Below, piece after piece: positions 36,211 through 47,821 of a stretch of 64,000 bases of DNA. A program made the position numbers and the translations under genes. Below the pieces are notes generated by a model. That model was not told where the DNA came from, ran no database searches, and saw only the letters and a program-made list of their open reading frames with translations. Numbering within the stretch: the stretch's first letter is position 1; each line of letters starts with the position of its first letter. The DNA lies in assembly GCA_964449265.1 (NCBI GenBank), contig CAYVAG010000001.1:19717-83716 (forward strand), given 5' to 3'. Source of the stretch: an uncultured Candidatus Peribacteria bacterium (GTDB lineage Bacteria; Patescibacteriota; Gracilibacteria; BD1-5; UBA2023).

Positions 36211-37032
36211 TTAATATGTTACAATAGTTACGAATCCTTCGACTCCAATCTGATCTCTATCTCGAGCGAAGAGTACCTTGCCGTCGAATTCGGAATATAT
36301 CGCCTCGTCCCCGTCATATCATATGAGTTGTCAGAGGATGATATTTTCGAAGTCGGAGAACTTTTTTGTGACTTTGAATTTTGTCGTTTTTGTCTTGTAT
36401 GCTGATGTTGCCATGTATATGTATTTTTGATTTTCCGTATTTTCGCCTACATCTATCATACGAAAATATTCCAGAAATTTCTGTATGCTTGAGAGGGCAT
36501 TTTCTGTTGCATCAGGAGCGTTGTGATTACCACACTCGACACATATACCGATCTTTCCTCGCGAATTCATATATCCATCTGTTCCGCCTGGTTCCATCTC
36601 AGTAAAACCATAACATACAGTTTCGAATGGGAATTTATCGATTACATCTCTACAGTTCTCTTCACAGATAATAAAAGCAGGACTCCCAATAGATGGACTC
36701 GAGTGGAGGTCGAGGAGAGCATTGGACTCATCCAGATAGGGGATTATCTCGCGTGAGCGCTTGTATTCGATTGTATTTTTCTCACTCTCGGTAAAAGTTG
36801 AATCATCTCGGTACATACGATTGAGATTGAGATCTATCTGACGAGTATTTTTTTCTATCGCTTCGATATTTCCGTAGATGAGATAGAGCTTTCATTTTTT
36901 TATCTTGATGGTATCCATGATCTCGTCGAGTGCTTGTACTCAGCATATCTCATCGCCGTGAGTACCACCGACTATGGTGACTATTGGACCCGGTATTCCA
37001 GAGTCGAGGATGATTGGTTGTGTTGGTTTCAT
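36211..37032 (-). CDS. succinylglutamate desuccinylase / aspartoacylase (AstE-AspA, M14-like) family deacylase
   Basis: IVGGTHGDEIC-G-VQAL (Zn ligands H..E), NLNRMY, ...ICVECGNHNAPDA.... Four in-frame TGA. Confidence 0.7.
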
Positions 37033-37057
37033 ATAGAGTAAAGTTAGGATAAGTAAG

Positions 37058-37852
37058 TTATTTTCTGCGCGAGACGATTTCTTTTTCTATTTCACTCCAT
37101 GGTATTCAAGCCCTTACTAATAATATCTGGAGGCGGTACATGAGATCTGACACTTCTCAGATAAGAAGTTCTCGGTTCGTTTGTCGCTCTATAACAAATG
37201 GATCAGTAAGTTCTAATTCCAATTTATCAGGAATGATATTTTGTGTGCTACGAATAGTTTTGGTAATTTTTCCCACATTATCAGCCAGACGATCCGATTC
37301 TAGTAGACTCATAAAGGCGAGTCAAACCTCAACTCATTCTTCTGCAACTTTTTGTGAGATTCGACTCACTTTTCATTGTAGGGCTTTGGCTGTAGAGGAA
37401 TTAATGGGGTCAGCATTTTGTTTACCGATTATCATCTGTTCTTCATCCCGTAAGACACGTGACCAGTTCGGAAGATCAGAGGGGGTCGTATCTATAAGTC
37501 CTGTGATTGTATCGATACGTTTACGGAAACATGTCCGCCATCCATCGATGTGACAGGCTCATTTTCCATTCATTTTCACGAGATAGATGAGTGTATCATT
37601 ATCGCAGTCAGTGTATATTTGTTCGACTTCAAGGGTATCTCAGGAAGTGAGTCCCTTGGTCCAGATTTCATTTCGACTGCGTGACCAGAACGTCGCAAAT
37701 CATGTTCTACGGGTTTCATCTAGTGCTTCGGGATTCGCGAATCCGACCATGAGTATCTCTCCCGTGTCTCTATCTTGAGCGATAGTAGGCATGAGATTGT
37801 CTGGGTATTTCGCGAAATCAAGCGAGAGCGAAACAGTATTTTGGGAGTTCAT
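37058..37852 (-). CDS. hisIE: bifunctional phosphoribosyl-AMP cyclohydrolase / phosphoribosyl-ATP pyrophosphatase HisIE
   Basis: HisI block LMPTIAQDRDTGEILMVGFAN...FWSRSRNEIWTKGLTS-G-D...DCDNDTLIYLVKMNGK-G-ACHIDGWRTCF. HisE/MazG-like block KVAEE-G-VEV...EVSDLMYRLQILLV. Confidence 0.8.
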
Positions 37853-37876
37853 AAAAAGAAAAGATAAGTAAATAAA

Positions 37877-37905
37877 ATCCGCCTATTTCTGGCGGATAGT
37901 TTTTG
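37877..37905. terminator. bidirectional terminator-like hairpin
   Basis: ATCCGCC-TATTTCT-GGCGGAT flanked by an A-run and a T-run. Lies between the hisIE start and the end of the phosphatase gene. Confidence 0.5.
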
Positions 37906-38021
37906 GAGTGATCCTGAAATATATTCAGGATGACACGCGAAAAATCTTACCGCCGATGCGAGAGAAAATGGTGCCAGATATTTTGCCAAGATTGTTTTTG
38001 CTTGAGGTAGAGATACATACT

Positions 38022-38468
38022 TTATAAATATAGGTTAATGTAATTTTCTATTTCTAAGTAAGGTATGTGATAATCTTTCTTTGCCAGATTATAAGGGTCA
38101 GGTATTGGGAAAATTTTGATTTCTATATCTTTTTTGGAAAAATATTCATAAGGACTCAGTCCATTCTTCTTGCATTCGTGATCACATTGGCAGTCTTCTA
38201 TTGGGTTATAGAAAAAAATAACTTTTTCTATGGAGCTAATTTGCCTTTTACTCAGATCCGAAAGATACTTTATTCTCTTTTTTGAAATATCTAATCCGAT
38301 TTTTTGTTTTATAAAGTGGGTTATATTTTCATCTGGTACTCACCTATATTTTTCTTTTCTATCCTCACTACCAGCTATACTTAATGAGCTTTTTCAGCTT
38401 ACCTTAGAGTAGATAGCTTCAGCCATTTGAGACCTTCACATATTTGCTTTACAGATAAATAGAATCAT
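38022..38468 (-). CDS. low-molecular-weight phosphotyrosine phosphatase / ArsC-type family protein
   Basis: N-terminal P-loop ILFICKANM-[TGA]-RSQMAEAIY (C-X5-R-S). 148 aa. Confidence 0.7.
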
Positions 38469-38484
38469 AGAAAAAAAGTTAATA

Positions 38485-38521
38485 AAATCCCCCGAAAAGT
38501 TTTTACACTCACGGGGGATTT
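38485..38521 (-). terminator. intrinsic terminator (minus strand)
   Basis: AAATCCCCCG / CGGGGGATTT 10-bp stem with a 17-nt loop. T-rich tract follows on the minus strand. Confidence 0.5.
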
Positions 38522-38644
38522 CTGAAATATTTATCGAAAATATCTATGCAAAAATACCACACCGTGAGGTGAGAGTATGATGCCAAGATGCTTTCACGAG
38601 AGAGAACATACCTCACTTATATGGAAAATGATGAGAAATGCAAA

Positions 38645-39208
38645 TTATTTTTCTCTATTTCGATAGCTAAACATATCCATAGGTGAGTCTGCTTGTGCGA
38701 GGTAACTACGAAAATGTCCATTCCAGTTACGGATAAATGATCCTCCGACATCGTGCATTTGCTCATTCTCATAGTCATCCATGACGCTCGATGTGACATG
38801 TCCTCTGAGGTCCGCTCGAGCCTGTTCGAACGAGAGTGACGTACGACCATCGACTCGATCGAGATGGAGACTCTTCCATCCTCACTTTCCAGATTTTTCA
38901 CTCTCGAGCTCATAGACGTCAGCAGCGATAGTATGACGCGCTCATGGTGATGATACACGGAGGATAGATCCTTTCGTCGGATGACTGATACGACTGAACC
39001 GTGCACGAGTCGCCTTCTGGAGATAGAGGCTCTTCGGGAGGACGATACGAGTGATCCCTTTATAAGAAATCGGCATCGCGAGTGCTGCATGGATTTTTTG
39101 TTCGATCTCCTGTGCGAGTTCCCAGATTTTGTACTGGTCCTGGTCTGTGAGATAGTGTGGGAGGTATGGTTCGATATCTCTGCCTGCGATGAGAAGTGAT
39201 GATGTCAT
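38645..39208 (-). CDS. hypothetical protein (187 aa)
   Basis: Frame checked codon by codon: ORF 38942..39208 extended through two TGA to TAA 38647..38645. No family recognised. Confidence 0.5.
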
Positions 39209-39380
39209 AAAACAATAGAATAAGAAATATGTATCTGCATGATATAAGTATTTTTTATAGTCATTTTATTTATCATAAAAACTGTACATTATAAGAACCG
39301 TATATGATTATTTTCTTTACTAGAATGAGAAAATAGATACAATAAAAATGTACTAAAAATAATACACTATACGTATCTCT

Positions 39381-40139
39381 ATGAAAAAATACGATCACCT
39401 TCTCGAACGACTCGGCATGTCTGAGCAAGACCGAACTATCTATCTCACACTTCTCGAATCCCCCTATCTCAGCATCACCGCTATTGCGCGAAAGACGAAG
39501 TACCATCGTCCAGCTATATACAGGTCTCTAGCGAGTCTCGAAAGTGACGGATACGTAGAAAAATCTCTTCTCGAAGGAAAAAGGTATTTCTATCATGCGA
39601 CTTCCCCGAGTAAGCTCCGGGAAAAAGTAACGAGCCTACAGACGATGACAGAACAGATACTGCCTGAGATGGAAGAACTCCACAGAAAACACCACGATGC
39701 CCCGATCCTCTCGCTTCACGAGTGAATAGACGGTATACAAGATATCCATACCGATATCCTGAGATCTGTAAAAAGTGGATGAGAGTATTTCATCTATACT
39801 TCTCTCGCGAAAGCTTCGCCGAAACGATCACTCTCACTGCCTGTGAACTATGCGAAAATACAGAAAGAAAAAGAACTTTCCAGACACATCATCACCAGTG
39901 ATAGAGAGGAGTGAGTAGAAAATAAAAACCCATATGAGAATATCGTCACTCTTCCAGGATGATACGACTCACTCGATGAAGGTATCACTAAGATCATCTA
40001 CGCGAATAAGGTTGCCATACTCGACCATGAGAGTCATATGGGCTGGATCGTAGAAAATGCACGATTTGCAAGCTACGAAGAAAAAATCTTCCGACTTCTC
40101 ATGAAACTTCTCCAGAAAAATAAAAATCCTCACGAATAG
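39381..40139 (+). CDS. TrmB-family (winged HTH) transcriptional regulator
   Basis: LGMSEQDRTIYLTLLESPYLSITAIARKTKYHRPAIYRSLASLESDGYVEK. Five in-frame TGA; TAG stop inside the terminator stem. Confidence 0.7.
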
Positions 40140-40153
40140 TCGTGAGGATTTTT
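40123..40153. terminator. bidirectional intrinsic terminator between convergent genes
   Basis: Perfect 13-bp stem AAAATCCTCACGA-ATAG-TCGTGAGGATTTT. Confidence 0.75.
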
Positions 40154-40163
40154 GGAAGGTATA

Positions 40164-40763
40164 TTACTTCTTGCTTGGTGGAGCAACGAATTTTTTTGCT
40201 GGAGTTTTTGCTTTTGCTGGAGCAGCTTTGGCAACAACTGGAGCAGGAGCTTTTACTACAGGAGTAGGCTTTTTCGCTGGAGCTTTTTTTGGAGCAACTT
40301 TTTTTGCAACTGGTTTGCGTGCAACAGTTTTTTTCGCGACTGGTTTTTTTACAGCAACAGCTACTGCAGGAGAGGCGACTTTTACTGGAGCTTTTTTTGC
40401 AACTGGTTTTTTTGCAGGAGACTTCTTCGCAGGCGCTTTTTTTGATGCTACTTTTTTTGCAGGAGCTTTTCTCGCTACCACTTTCTTTGCTGGTGTTTTT
40501 TTAGTTGCAGTTACTGCTGGCTTTTTTGCTGCCAGAGCTTTTTTCGCAACTGTCTTTGGAGCTGATTTTTTCGCTCCAGATTTCTTCGCGTTTTTCTTTG
40601 CTTTTTTTGCAGCCTTCTCAGCTTCCTTCTTCGCTTTCTTTGCGAGCTTCTCTGCCTCCTTCTCACGTTTTTTTTGTGCCTTCTCTGCTTCCTTCTTCGC
40701 CTTTTTAGCGAGTTTTACTGGATCGAGATCATCCTTGGAACCGTGTTTTTTGTGGTGTGTCAT
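40164..40763 (-). CDS. Lys/Ala/Pro-rich histone H1-like (Hc1/AlgP-like) basic protein
   Basis: [12 protein letters not shown]..., KEAEK repeats, then tandem KKAPAKK / KKPVAKK units. Plus-strand ORFs 40152..40785 are mirror artefacts. ATG 40763 is preferred over 40799. Confidence 0.7.
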   Translation of the reverse strand: MTHHKKHGSKDDLDPVKLAKKAKKEAEKAQKKREKEAEKLAKKAKKEAEKAAKKAKKNAKKSGAKKSAPKTVAKKALAAKKPAVTATKKTPAKKVVARKAPAKKVASKKAPAKKSPAKKPVAKKAPVKVASPAVAVAVKKPVAKKTVARKPVAKKVAPKKAPAKKPTPVVKAPAPVVAKAAPAKAKTPAKKFVAPPSKK

Positions 40764-40862
40764 ATATAAGAAAATTAATATATGAAGCATACTATGCAAA
40801 AGATTCGCAATGTCAAAAATACGGCAAGGGGTATAGCGATTTCCTCTTGAACAAAAAAATAT

Positions 40863-41855
40863 TTATATTCCACTTATGTCTTCACCTGAAACTATAAGCA
40901 TACGATAATCGAGCAATCACCACTTCCTCATCCACTCAGAAGTACGATAGATATGCTTACCCGTATCAGTATCCCAGACGATTATATGAGAAGGTTTTTC
41001 TATAGGTCAGAGATATCCGAGGAGGAGAAACGCATGTTCTCCAGAAAGTCATGTGATAGATTTACCAAGAGGGGTCGTCCATGAAATAGTCCGCTCTTCT
41101 ACTGGTCGATCACACTTGTTTCTTCCAGGAAGGGGGAGAAATCGGAGAATATAATTATCTACTTTTTCTACGAGTCCATCCTCATCAATTGGTGTAGTAC
41201 ACCAGTCTCACCAGAGAATGATGTGACTACCTGCACTCAGAGATTCGAGAGCAGATTTCATACGATCGCGGGGAAGGAGATCTCATGAAGTCATGCTATT
41301 GGAAACCTCAGATGCGATACCTCTATCCTGGAGAAAAAGAGCAAGAGGTGCCTCGTAGATACCATATCCTGTGACAAGTCTCTGGGCTCAGTGATATGAT
41401 CCGACGAATTCTTTTTCTGGATCTCACCAGATGCCATCACTTGAGAGTTTTCCAGGAAAGACAGGAAGTGAAGCGATAATAGTATCTTCCGAAATAGGCT
41501 TCCTCGTGACTGCTTCTATGATCATTCGAAGTGCTGCGATCTCACAGGAAAGCTTATATTTCTGGAGAGTGAGCCTATATCGAGTAGAGACATCGAGGGT
41601 CGGCTTTCGCAGAGCACGTAACCCAAAGCTCGTATAGAGATGCACTGTATCTCGCATGAAAGCTTGTCTCTTTTGGAAGAGTTTTTCTATGATGAGAGTA
41701 TTTTTTTGCCCCTGAACCATCTTCCCAAGTGATACTATAGTAGCGATATTTTTCTCGAATATCTCTGCATCTTTCTCTGGAATATACACTCAAGCAGAAA
41801 GGGAAAAAGGAATACAAAAGAGAATAGTGAGGATGAAGAGTTTTTTGATATACAT
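40863..41855 (-). CDS. secreted C39-like (papain-fold) cysteine peptidase, stand-alone
   Basis: Signal peptide MYIKKLFILTILFCIPFSLSA. Cys context YKLSCEIAALRMIIEAV and His context GEHAFLLLGYLG. Seven in-frame TGA. Starts 3 nt after the ABC gene stop. Confidence 0.55.
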
Positions 41856-41858
41856 AGT

Positions 41859-43610
41859 TTAGAACCCGCTTTGGAGTTCGAGCATCTTATAGTATATTCC
41901 TCACTTTGCAACTAACTCGTCATGATCCCCGCGTTCGACGACTTCTCATCACTCGATCACGATGATATCATCAGACTTCTTCACGGTCTGGAGTCTGTGT
42001 GCTACGATGATCACAGTACGTCCTATGAAGAGCTCATCAAGCGCCTTGGTGATCTGCTCTTCACTGAACGAGTCAAGTGCAGAAGTCGGCTCATCGAGGA
42101 GGATGATCTCGGGATCTTTCAGAAATATCTTTGCGATCGCGAGTCGCTGTTTCTGTCATCATGAGAGTCGCACACCACGTTCTCCGATCTCTGTATCGAG
42201 TCATTTTTCGAGATCGAATACGAAGTCACAGTGAGCAAGACAAAGTGCTTCATGGAGTTTTTCATCTATGTTTATAGGACTCGTCATACCAGATTGTTGT
42301 GCGATAGCACTCACCAGATTTTCTCTTATCGTCGCATCGAACACACTCGGATCCTGCGTGAGGTATCCGATATGCGGATAGTAGGTCTTCAGTGCTGTCT
42401 CACCCAAATTATTTCCCATGACAGATATACTTCATGACTTAGGATGGAGATATCCTGCGATGAGTTTTATGAGAGTCGTCTTGCCTCCGCCACTCGCACC
42501 GACAAAAGCCGTCTTCCTGCCATGAGCAATAGTAAGGGAGAATTTTTCGAATACATTTTTCTCGTCGTATCCATAAGAAATACCATCTATCTGTATATCT
42601 TGTTTCTTCGAGGCAAATACTTTTCCAGAATCGTATCATTTAATAGGAGTGAGGGAATCAAAAGTAGACCAGAGTTGTTCTATATAATCAAATTCTCGGG
42701 TAAATTTACGAAATGTGTCGTAACTTGTACGCATTGTTGTCTCAAGCATAGTAACTATTAGAATATACGTAGAGAAATTCCAGAAGTTAGCCGTATGAGA
42801 AAATATAGCGTTTCAAACAAAGATGTATACCACTATTCTTATTAGAAAGCTAATTCCACGTACACCTATATACATTCATCAGACAGAGTTATCGATAAGA
42901 TAATTCTGTTGTCTCATATCTTCAAGAAAAGCATATATTTGATGTTGCTCTCGCTTTAGTTCATTATTCTGCATATATTCCATCTTAGACATAAAAATCC
43001 TTGCCTGGACACGTGAGTATTCTGTCTCAATTTCTCGACGCTTCTTTCGGGCAGGAATAGTAAAATATCGATCAATATAATATGTTAAAGAGAGTAATAT
43101 ACTCAGTATTAATACTATTAAAATACTATAAATTGGATTATAAAATCAAATTCGAATAATACCATAAGTACTTGCAACTAAGAGAGCTAAGTCTGTACTC
43201 AAAAAATCATGAAAAATATGCATCCATGTATCTTTTCACTTTTTATATATTCCCAAAAATCTTCACGTACCTATTCTCTCGGTTATATTTGGATCAGATT
43301 TTATGAATGCTGGTAAGTATTTATTAGCACAGTAGGTATCGATAGCTACATAAATATTTACCCATCACCAATGTATTGCAATAATTTTAAAGGAAATATA
43401 AATGAGCATGAAAATTCCATACATAATTAAATATTCATGAAATAACGTTGTATTATTTCATTGAATACTCTCGCCTATCTTCTCAAAAAAGTATAAAGAA
43501 CTTATTAAGTAAATACCATCTATAAATCCTTCCGTAAAACTACGAATAAAGGTTGCTTTATCATAAAATACTGGATATAGAAACTGTTTTGTTTTTTCGA
43601 GAAATGTCAT
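41859..43610 (-). CDS. ABC exporter, fused permease plus ATPase (MsbA/type I exporter-like)
   Basis: 583 aa. AT-rich TMD half, Walker [10 protein letters not shown], signature LS-[TGA][TGA]-QKQR, Walker [14 protein letters not shown]-loop AHRL. Confidence 0.88.
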
Positions 43611-43643
43611 AGAAGTGAGTATAAAGATTTCTTATAAAATATC

Positions 43644-43667
43644 AAAAACTCCCTCATAACGAGGGAG
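43644..43667 (-). terminator. intrinsic terminator after topA
   Basis: On the minus strand: CTCCCTC-GTTAT-GAGGGAG followed by TTTTT. Confidence 0.65.
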
Positions 43668-43671
43668 AGTA

Positions 43672-46230
43672 TTATTTTGTTTTCTTTTTTGCTACAGTTT
43701 TTTTCTTAGCTGCAGGTTTCTTTTTAGAAGCAGTCTTCTTTTCCTTAAATGCTCATGGAACCTGATCGACGATCATTTCCTTTACCTCTTCGAGGGTGAG
43801 GGCTTGGATATCTGCGAGTTCTGTGATCTTCTTCCCATCACGCTTGAGGTATACATTCTCTTTACCGAACTTGATATACGGACCATAGCGACCATTCTCG
43901 ACCGAGATTTTTTCTTCAGGCCAGTTATGGATATAGCGATTAGCTTCTTTCTCGACTTTCGCGGCGATGAGACGCTCTGCTTCCTCTGGAGTGATGTTCT
44001 CGAAGTCGATAACTTTCGGTACGTTCACATAGAGAGACTTCCACTTGAGAAATGGACCAAAACGTCATTTCCCTTTTGTATACGGCTCTCCATCATACAT
44101 GCCTACTGGAGCATTCTCTATTTTTTTGGCTTCGAGGAGCTCGATGGCACGAGCCATATCGACAGCAAGTGGGTCTTCTGATCGAGGGATCGATACGAAG
44201 GCTTCATCGTACTTCACATACGGACCAAATCTTCCTTGTCCGATGATCACCTCTTTCCCCTCGTGGAGTCCGAGATTTTTCGGAAGCGAGAAGAGTCCGA
44301 GTGCTTCTTCGAGGGTGATATCATCGATCGACTGTCCAGGTGAGAGATTCGCGTAGCGAGGTTTCTCTTCTTCGGCAAGCTCGTCGGGAGTACCGATCTG
44401 CGCGACCGGACCAAACCGACTCATACGCACGAGGACACTTCGCCCTGTCTTCTCGTCTTTCCCGAGGATTCGCTCACTTGCAAATCGTCACTCTGTACCG
44501 AGAGCAGAGTCGATATTGGCGTGAAACGGCGTATAGAAATCGCCGAGCATCTTCTTCCAGTCGAGTTCTCCATCGGCTATCTTATCGAATTGGCTTTCTA
44601 CTTCTGCGGTGAAGCTATACTGCATGAAGGTTCCGAACTCTTTCTCGAGATAGTCGACGACGACAAACGCGATATCGGTCGGAAGGAGTTTCTTCGCCTC
44701 GATGACGACATATCCACGATCCTGTATCGTCTGTATGGTAGGCGCATAGGTAGAGGGTCGACCGATACCTTCACTCTCGAGCTTCTTCACGAGAGCCGCT
44801 TCACTATAGCGTGGCGGTGGGAGTGAGAATTTCTGGAGTCCAGAGAAATTTTCGGAAGTCACTGCATCTCACTTCTTCAGTGCGGGAAGTTTTTTCGACT
44901 CTTCATCTTCTTCGTCGTCTGTTCCTTCGATATAGAGCTTCATAAATCCTGGAAACTGTATGACTTCTCCTTTCGCGATCCACTCTTCGGTCGACTTCAT
45001 CTTCGGGATGAATCGATAAGTCGTCGTCTCGACGATCGCCTCTGCCATCTGAGATGCGACGGTACGTTCCCAGATGAGACGGTAGATACGAGCTTCCTGA
45101 CCGTCGAGCCCGAGAGACTCAGGAGTATGACTGATATCCGTAGGACGTATCGCCTCATGTGCCTCTTGTGCTGAGGCTTGTTTCGTTTTATATTTTCGGC
45201 CATTCGGGAGAGCGTACCCTTTTCCGAAGTGCTTCTCGATAAATGCTCGAGCCGAGTTCAGGGCGAGATCAGAGAGATTCACACTATCAGTACGCATATA
45301 GGTAATATGCCCATTCTGGTAGAGTCGCTGGGCGATATCCATCGTCTGCTTGACTCCATACCCGAGCTTGCGCGCCGCTTCTTGCTGAAGTGTCGATGTC
45401 GTGAATGGGGCCCCTGGAGTACGGCGAGATTCTTTTTTCTCGACATCATCAAGGGAAAAGCTCTCAGTATGAGGAAAGTGATAGACGAGACTTCCCTTCT
45501 TATCTTTGGTGGGTTTACTCAGGGAGGGATTGATCCCGTGTGAAGTGAAGAATGCCAATGCATCCGCTTCATTTTTGAATTTTTTTGCTTTTCCTCCGTC
45601 TTTCACGAACTCGATAGAGAAATCTATACCAGAAGCCGAAACAAGTGCTTCGATCTTCCATGACTCTTCGGGGACAAATGCCCGTATTTCACGTTCTCGT
45701 TCGACGAGAAGTTTCACAGCAACCGACTGCACACGTCCGGCAGAGAGTCCTGATCGTACCTTGCGCCAGAGCACAGGAGAGACCTCATATCCCACGATAC
45801 GGTCGAGGATTCGACGAGACTGCTGAGCATTCACGAGATCGATATAGATCTTGCGTGGATGCGCGATAGCATGTTCTATCGCTGTCTTCGTGATCTCATG
45901 GAATACGATACGGTCGACTTTCGCTGCATCGACACCGAGGGCTTCACAGAGGTGCCATCCTATCGCCTCTCATTCGCGATCCTCATCGGTCGCTATCCAT
46001 ATTTTATCTGCATCTTTAGCGTATTTTTTGAGTTCTGCGACTCGCTTCTTCTTCTCTGGAGATATCTCATACTCAGGAACGAATCAACCAGGAATATCTA
46101 TACCGAGGTTTTTGGCTGGGAGGTCGCGTATATGACCAAATGATGCTTCCACTTGATAGTCTTTTCCGAGAAATTTTTCGATAGTTTTTCCCTTCGCTGG
46201 AGACTCGACGATTACAAGATTTTTAGACAT
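43672..46230 (-). CDS. topA: DNA topoisomerase I
   Basis: 852-aa frame. Toprim [18 protein letters not shown], active-site region ITYMRTDS. C-terminal repeats [10 protein letters not shown] / [10 protein letters not shown] and a Lys-rich tail. Confidence 0.93.
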
Positions 46231-46495
46231 ATTTGAGTATTTACTTGTCTAGAAGGTATAGAGTGTCAAGGGAAAGTCAAGAAAAAATGAAAAATGAAAA
46301 ATCAGAAATAAATAAAAAAAAGTGTCACTTATTTATGAAACCTTCTATAGATGATAGAAAAAATACCTTATCTGTAAGGACTATAGTTGTATGTCGTGAG
46401 TATCCTCTGACCAAAGAGAAAAACTCGATATATCTACTTGAGGTTTGCTTTAACGGGGTCGAGTATATGCAAGAGATGAGTGAAATGCAAATTTT

Positions 46496-47092
46496 TTACC
46501 GCTTTTTACAAATATATATGAAAGCGGGTGGGAAGTTCATGGCTTCCCAGTCAACTTTCTCGATGGTAAAAAATTCCTCGACATCTTTTTTATTGGTCGC
46601 GAAGTACTGATATTGGATGTAAAGTCCATTTGGCATCAGAGCATCTCGTGTAGCTTTGAGAATTTTTTGCGCTGAGTCTTTCGGCATACTTCCAAGCGGA
46701 AGGGTTGATACAATGAGATCTACGGAAGATGGAGAAAATGTTCTGAGGCATGATTCTGCATCAAGATGGACGACTTGTATATGGGTATCTTGCAGATACT
46801 TGAGTCCGTCGTAGCGATCTCGTTCGATCTCACATACGGTAAAATCGGTATCTCATAGTTTCCGAGCGATAATAGCTCGCGTCATAGGTCCTGATCCTCA
46901 TCAAAGCTCCACGATAGTGTGAAGAGAAGATTGCCAATCAACATAGGTGAGCATCCTCTCTATGAGAAACGGTGATGACGAGAGTCAGTAGCCAATATTT
47001 TTCCAAAAAAGAAGCCACCTTGTACTCAGAGACTTGGGAAGAAATCTTCCAACTCATCTCCAGAAAGTAAGCCAAATATGGGAAAGTTTCAT
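46496..47092 (-). CDS. class I SAM-dependent methyltransferase
   Basis: Motif I VEL-[TGA][TGA]-GSGPMT, ...DLIVSTLPL..., LMPNGLYIQYQY. 198 aa. Confidence 0.7.
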
Positions 47093-47096
47093 AAAA

Positions 47097-47363
47097 TTAT
47101 CGAGCCACCTTCATCAGGTCTCTGATTTCGTCATAGTCTTTTTGTTCAAGGGAAGTTTTTTTATCGTTCATTTTCTCGAGTGCACAGACGATTTCTTCAT
47201 TGAGAGCCTGCCCCATAGCGCTTCTGACAGCAGAGAGTTGCTGGACGATGTTACTGACATTTGCCTCATCCTCGATCATCTGTATGACTCCGCGAATCTG
47301 TCATTCAATACGACGAAGTCTATCTCCAACACGTTTTTTTTGTGCTATATCTTTTATTTTCAT
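47097..47363 (-). CDS. CsoR/RcnR/FrmR-family (DUF156) repressor-like protein with non-canonical ligand positions
   Basis: RLRRIE-[TGA]-QIRGVIQMIEDEANVSNIVQQLSAVRSAMGQAL...IVCAL. The first Cys of the C-H-C set is absent. Confidence 0.65.
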
Positions 47364-47617
47364 GAGAAAAACAGTGAAAAATGTAAGAGTTTTTCTTTTG
47401 TATAAAGGAAAAACTAATATTTGTACTGAAGGGAGTATACAGAAAAATGTCCTGATTGCAAGGGAGAAGCGTGAATTTTATGAAAAAATGATTGAAGATA
47501 AGAGATTTACCCCTCTCATGTGTCGCACCGATTTCATCGGATGCTCGCATTCGGGAGTATGACTCACACTCTGTGCTTGCACACATTCTCATCTCTATCC
47601 AGTAATGTTATTTAAGG

Positions 47618-47707
47618 TGGCGGAGGATAAGAGATTCGAACTCTTGAGGCGATTGCTCGCCTGCACCCTTTCCAAGGGTGTGCACTCGACCACTATGCGA
47701 ATCCTCC
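47618..47707 (-). tRNA. tRNA-Ser (anticodon GGA), CCA encoded
   Basis: GGAGGAT...anticodon stem-loop CACCC-TTGGAAA-GGGTG, long variable arm CAGGCGAGCAATCGCCTC, T arm AAGAG-TTCGAAT-CTCTT, ATCCTCC-G-CCA. Confidence 0.9.
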
Positions 47708-47821
47708 TGAGCGTCAGTTTGGCGATTCTATAGAGAAAGAGTCTTTTTGCAAATTATTGAAAAAAATTTCACTTTATCTACTTTTTGCTTATACTTCATA
47801 TCATACTAACTGTTCAGAATT

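Noticed and set aside
40170-40700. Periodic short repeats that could be mistaken for a CRISPR array or satellite.
   Set aside because: The repeats are 21-24 nt, degenerate, contiguous without unique spacers, and translate in frame to KKAPAKK units. They are a coding repeat.
40152-40785. Long plus-strand ORFs (97, 204, 71 and 67 aa; Phe/Ala/Gly-rich) over the Lys/Ala repeat gene.
   Set aside because: They are mirror-image artefacts of the AAG/GCN-rich minus-strand repeat. The minus-strand product has a sensible start, stop and terminator.
46233-46610. 125-aa plus-strand ORF upstream of topA.
   Set aside because: It is a low-complexity Lys-rich start in an AT-rich intergenic region, and it runs antisense into the 3' end of the methyltransferase gene.
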